A stretch of DNA of 64,000 bases from Octopus bimaculoides (taxonomy: Eukaryota), in contig NC_068990.1 in assembly GCF_001194135.2 (NCBI RefSeq), forward strand, positions 495,379 through 559,378, given 5' to 3'. How positions within the stretch are numbered: the first letter of the stretch is position 1; every line of letters starts with the position of its first letter. A program made the translations under genes and the position numbers. Of the stretch, positions 60,481-64,000 are shown piece by piece. The notes under the pieces are model-generated. The model had not been told where the DNA came from. It ran no database searches and saw only the letters and a program-made list of their open reading frames with translations.

Positions 60481-61829
60481 GTCAGGTTGCTTTTACATAT
60501 TTGCACACTAATAACAATTCCTTACTGGTACTATTTTATTGACTCCGAACCGCTAAGTTATGGGAACATGAACATACCTACATCGCTTGTCAAGTGATGG
60601 TGATGGACAAACACGGAGACAAAGGCACACGCACACACAAACACACATACACAACGGGCTTCTTTCAATTTCCGTCTACCAAATCCACTTACAAGGCTTT
60701 GGTCTGCCCGAGACTATAGTACAAGACACTTGCCCATGATGCCACACATTGGAACTGAATCTGGAACCATATCGTTGGGAAGCAAACTTCTTACCACACA
60801 GCCACACCTACGCCTGTAAGATAAACATGATAAAATGAAGATACGGACAAGATAAAAGAAAGAAAAAAAAACAGATCACTCCCTACGACCTTGAATAAGG
60901 AAGAAGTGTGATGGCCATTGCCAGAATGCCTTTGATTATTGATCTGTTCGATGAGAGTTAACCTGAGGTGAAACAACAGAAAGAAGAATTGTTGTGGATG
61001 TTCTTATCTTGTCATTTCCCACTTAATCTTGAAATTGCTGTTTTCCCAAGCTGAAATAAAACTTTGTTGACAGAAACATGGCTGTCATAATAGTATTAGG
61101 GCGTCCCCCACCATTTAAATCAATGAATTGATGGGACTCTATTTACATAAAAGCAATATACATAGATTAGCACCTAAACCCACTAGACCCATTGGTTTCC
61201 TGTCCATGCTTTACGACGGCTCTGGTCGAAAATATTTCTTGTAATTAGTAATCTTATTTTTCTTTATTAAGTAACAAGGCACCAAGATTTGTATTAATAG
61301 TCGAGAAAATTTTCAGGAAATCTGAACACGAATTCTATCACACTAGACACTGTTACGATAAACCACAGCATCTCGAAGTACATCGTTTAGTCACTGCATT
61401 AGACGAGGCAGGAAATATTTGGGCTCGCACCTAATCGTTCGTTCAAGTATCAATGAACTTGCTATGGATCTGTTTGATCGAGGGTGACCATGGGCTATAA
61501 CGAGATAACGAATGTAATTGTATGTGATCGCTCAACTTATTCGAATCATATTCTACAGCCTTAAAACAAAGAACACATTAAGTATTGTAGTCCGAGTTAA
61601 TCGCTGAATAAAAGACGGAACAGTCACGACTGGAATGTCTTTCACCATAGGTCTCCTTGACCAGAGATGACCTGAGGGCATATAGCATCTAAAACAATAT
61701 GTAAATTAGAAGGTAGAATACCACGGAACTTTTTATAATCCGGACTAACTTACGAGTTGGAACTTCAAATTGCCACAGCCGCTAGACTAGTTTATTGGTA
61801 CCTTGTACAGTACTGTATCAATAAAGTCG

Positions 61830-62440
61830 CATCATTTACCTGGATTCCATTTAAAGTTTTTAAGCCAATTCAATATTAGTTTAATTAAGTGTGTTGAGTG
61901 CGGTGACAAGCTCTGGTTCGGAAAAATCAGTAATTGAGAAAGGCTTTGGAACCGAAGGTTTCGGAATTTCGATATTATTCTTATACGGAATTTCGATATT
62001 GTTCTTATACAAAAAATAGCCCGGGTTTCGTAGCATGGTATAAATACAGAAATAAATTTGCACACACGAAAAAACATTGAGCTTTTCGTTTGCAAGTGTC
62101 CTTTCGACCGCTTGTAATTGCTGAACAATGATGGTGCACTTGTCGACCATTTGCTACGTTACACTTTGGGAAAGTGTTCTTTACTATGTCTTCGAGGTGC
62201 TCAATATCTTGAGAATAGAATTTGGTAGACACGGAAACTCTAAGACATAACACACCGTCCGGTTCGAATATCAATGGATTTAATCCAAATCCTTCACGAT
62301 AAAGCCCTATGGTACTGATAAAAATCTTAAATACTTTTACTTTGTGATTAGCCTGATTCAGGCTATTTGAACTTGAGGCCGGAGTATAGATGAGTCCACA
62401 AATAATGAATTCGCCAGAAGAAACATGAGTTTGTATCTAT
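61830..62440 (-). pseudogene. Possible decayed LINE (CR1/L2-like) ORF2 piece
   Basis: ~144-codon open frame with GEFIICGLIYTP and FGLNPLIFEP (endonuclease-like), and in another frame FSEPELVTALNTLN (pre-RT-like); 24-bp tandem duplication at 61962-62009. Confidence 0.3.
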
Positions 62441-63510
62441 TTTCTGAATACGATGAATCAATTTACTGATTGGCTTACAACGAAAGCTAGCTTTTGTAAC
62501 TTTGCAGATACCAGATAGAAACGAATGAATAACCAGAGAAACAAATAATAACGTTCGATATCTGTTTTGTAGTTGATTGTAATACCAGGAGATTAATTTC
62601 ATTAGACAGTAGTGAGAACAAGAATCGGTCACTGGGAAAATACTTGTAAAAAAATAAATACGAAGATGAGACTGGTTAGAGTCAGATCCCCCCCGAGGAA
62701 AAGACAAGAAAATCATTTTATACGTTACATTAATAAGACGCCAGATAACTGACAATTAATTGCACGAGAACTAGTACAATCGCGTTATAGATTGACTAGT
62801 TCACGTTGGCGAAGATGAAAGACAACTCGTTTATTTCAGCAGGTTGACAAACACTACAAACAGAATACGAGGCTCTTAAATACTGGTGATCAATAACAAA
62901 GAGAGAAAACTCTCTAATTAAAACTGGAATAAAAACAAACAAAAACCATTGCACCAAGTGAACTGCGAGGATAAAGAAGCTGCCGCCTGAATAATTATTC
63001 TTTTATATTTAATACGAACTAATATGACATTTCATCCGCTCCAGCCTTCGTTGCACTTAGAATATAATTCTTTTCGCCAAAAACTGAGAACTTCATCAGA
63101 GATGTTACTTTTAATCGAAATTCAATATCAAGAACATGTAGATAAGATACGTCTGCAGATGTATGCACAAACGCGCGCACGCACGTGTATGCGTATGTGT
63201 TTATGTGTGTGCGCGCGTGCGAGAATGTGCGGGAGCGACGATATTCCACACTTGAGCAAAGCGATGGAAATGGTTGACACCTCCTGGTTGACAAGACGAC
63301 TAATCGATTAGTCGATATGCGCTTTCGAAAATCTTTGAGGAAAACATGTAAAGTTTTGGCAAAAGGAAATCATGGAAGCTTAAAATCCTGTCTCAAATAA
63401 CTTATCCATTGAAAACCATGTTTGTATGAAAGAAAATGGAGGTAATACCAAGGTGAATAAACACACACACGTATAAGTGTGTGTGCGTGCGTGTATATAT
63501 ATATATACAT

Positions 63511-63557
<47 letters not shown>

Positions 63558-63584
63558 ATAAAATGGGGTTTACAAGAATTTTTA

Positions 63585-63800
63585 TTTAACACAACGATCG
63601 TTTCGACTGATCCTGCATCTGTCCCTTGCAGGTGGCATACTGTACAGCTGGTTGTGTTGCATCAACCAGTGCAGATTGCATCTCATGGAGTGTCTGAAGG
63701 TAGATCCAGTAACACTTATAGCAAAACTGTGGATGACATCAGGTAGCCTAAACGCTGAAAGTGCTTTAATCGGCACACTACTAACCATATAACCAAGTTC
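63585..63800 (-). mobile_element. Penelope-like 3' end with a decayed hammerhead
   Basis: CAC-CTGCAAGG-GACAGAT-GCAGG-ATCAGTC-GAAAC-GATC-GTT-GTG followed by AATAAA. Confidence 0.5.
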
Positions 63801-63941
63801 AAATAATAAGTTATATACATACATATATATATATATATATATCAGTAAAAATATGTGACAATTATTCGGTCGGTAGCCATGATAAAACTCCGAGTTTCGG
63901 ATGCCGGAGCGGAAACCCACGCCGCCATCTCTCCAGTTATC

Positions 63942-64000
63942 TGGCCATTGAAAATTCCTATAAAAAATGGGGTCATTTTCATAGGAATTTTCAATGGACA
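63942..64000. repeat. Near-perfect hairpin with ~27-bp arms at the window edge
   Basis: TGGCCATTGAAAATTCCTATAAAAAATG-GGGT-CATTTTCATAGGAATTTTCAATGGACA. Confidence 0.9.

Overview
This is AT-rich, repeat-saturated eukaryotic DNA from a draft short-read assembly: it has 14 N-gaps, most abutting microsatellites. The SINE/LINE families resemble those of octopus genomes, but the species call is inference. No host gene could be named with confidence. Supported content: about 25-30 copies or fragments of a tRNA-derived SINE, several other SINE families, RTE LINE 3' ends, an L1/Tx1 3' end with its zinc knuckle, two DD37D (maT-type) Tc1/mariner deletion derivatives, a Helitron RepHel fragment, Tc1/mariner, pogo and hAT MITEs, Penelope-like 3' ends and three minisatellites. 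A weak chain of phase-compatible plus-strand exons lies at 1.8-5.2 kb. Three signals stand out. (1) A near-perfect minimal hammerhead ribozyme at 48944-48989 (-), with several decayed relatives across the window. (2) A recurrent 'split/permuted' hammerhead core (GAAA half before CUGANGA half, with covarying stem II) in three divergent Penelope-like ends. (3) A 399-bp foldback element at 57608-58006 whose two ~83-bp arms each carry identical CSL, octamer and CCAAT motifs, in a CpG-rich region with a CRE palindrome and an outward-facing splice donor.
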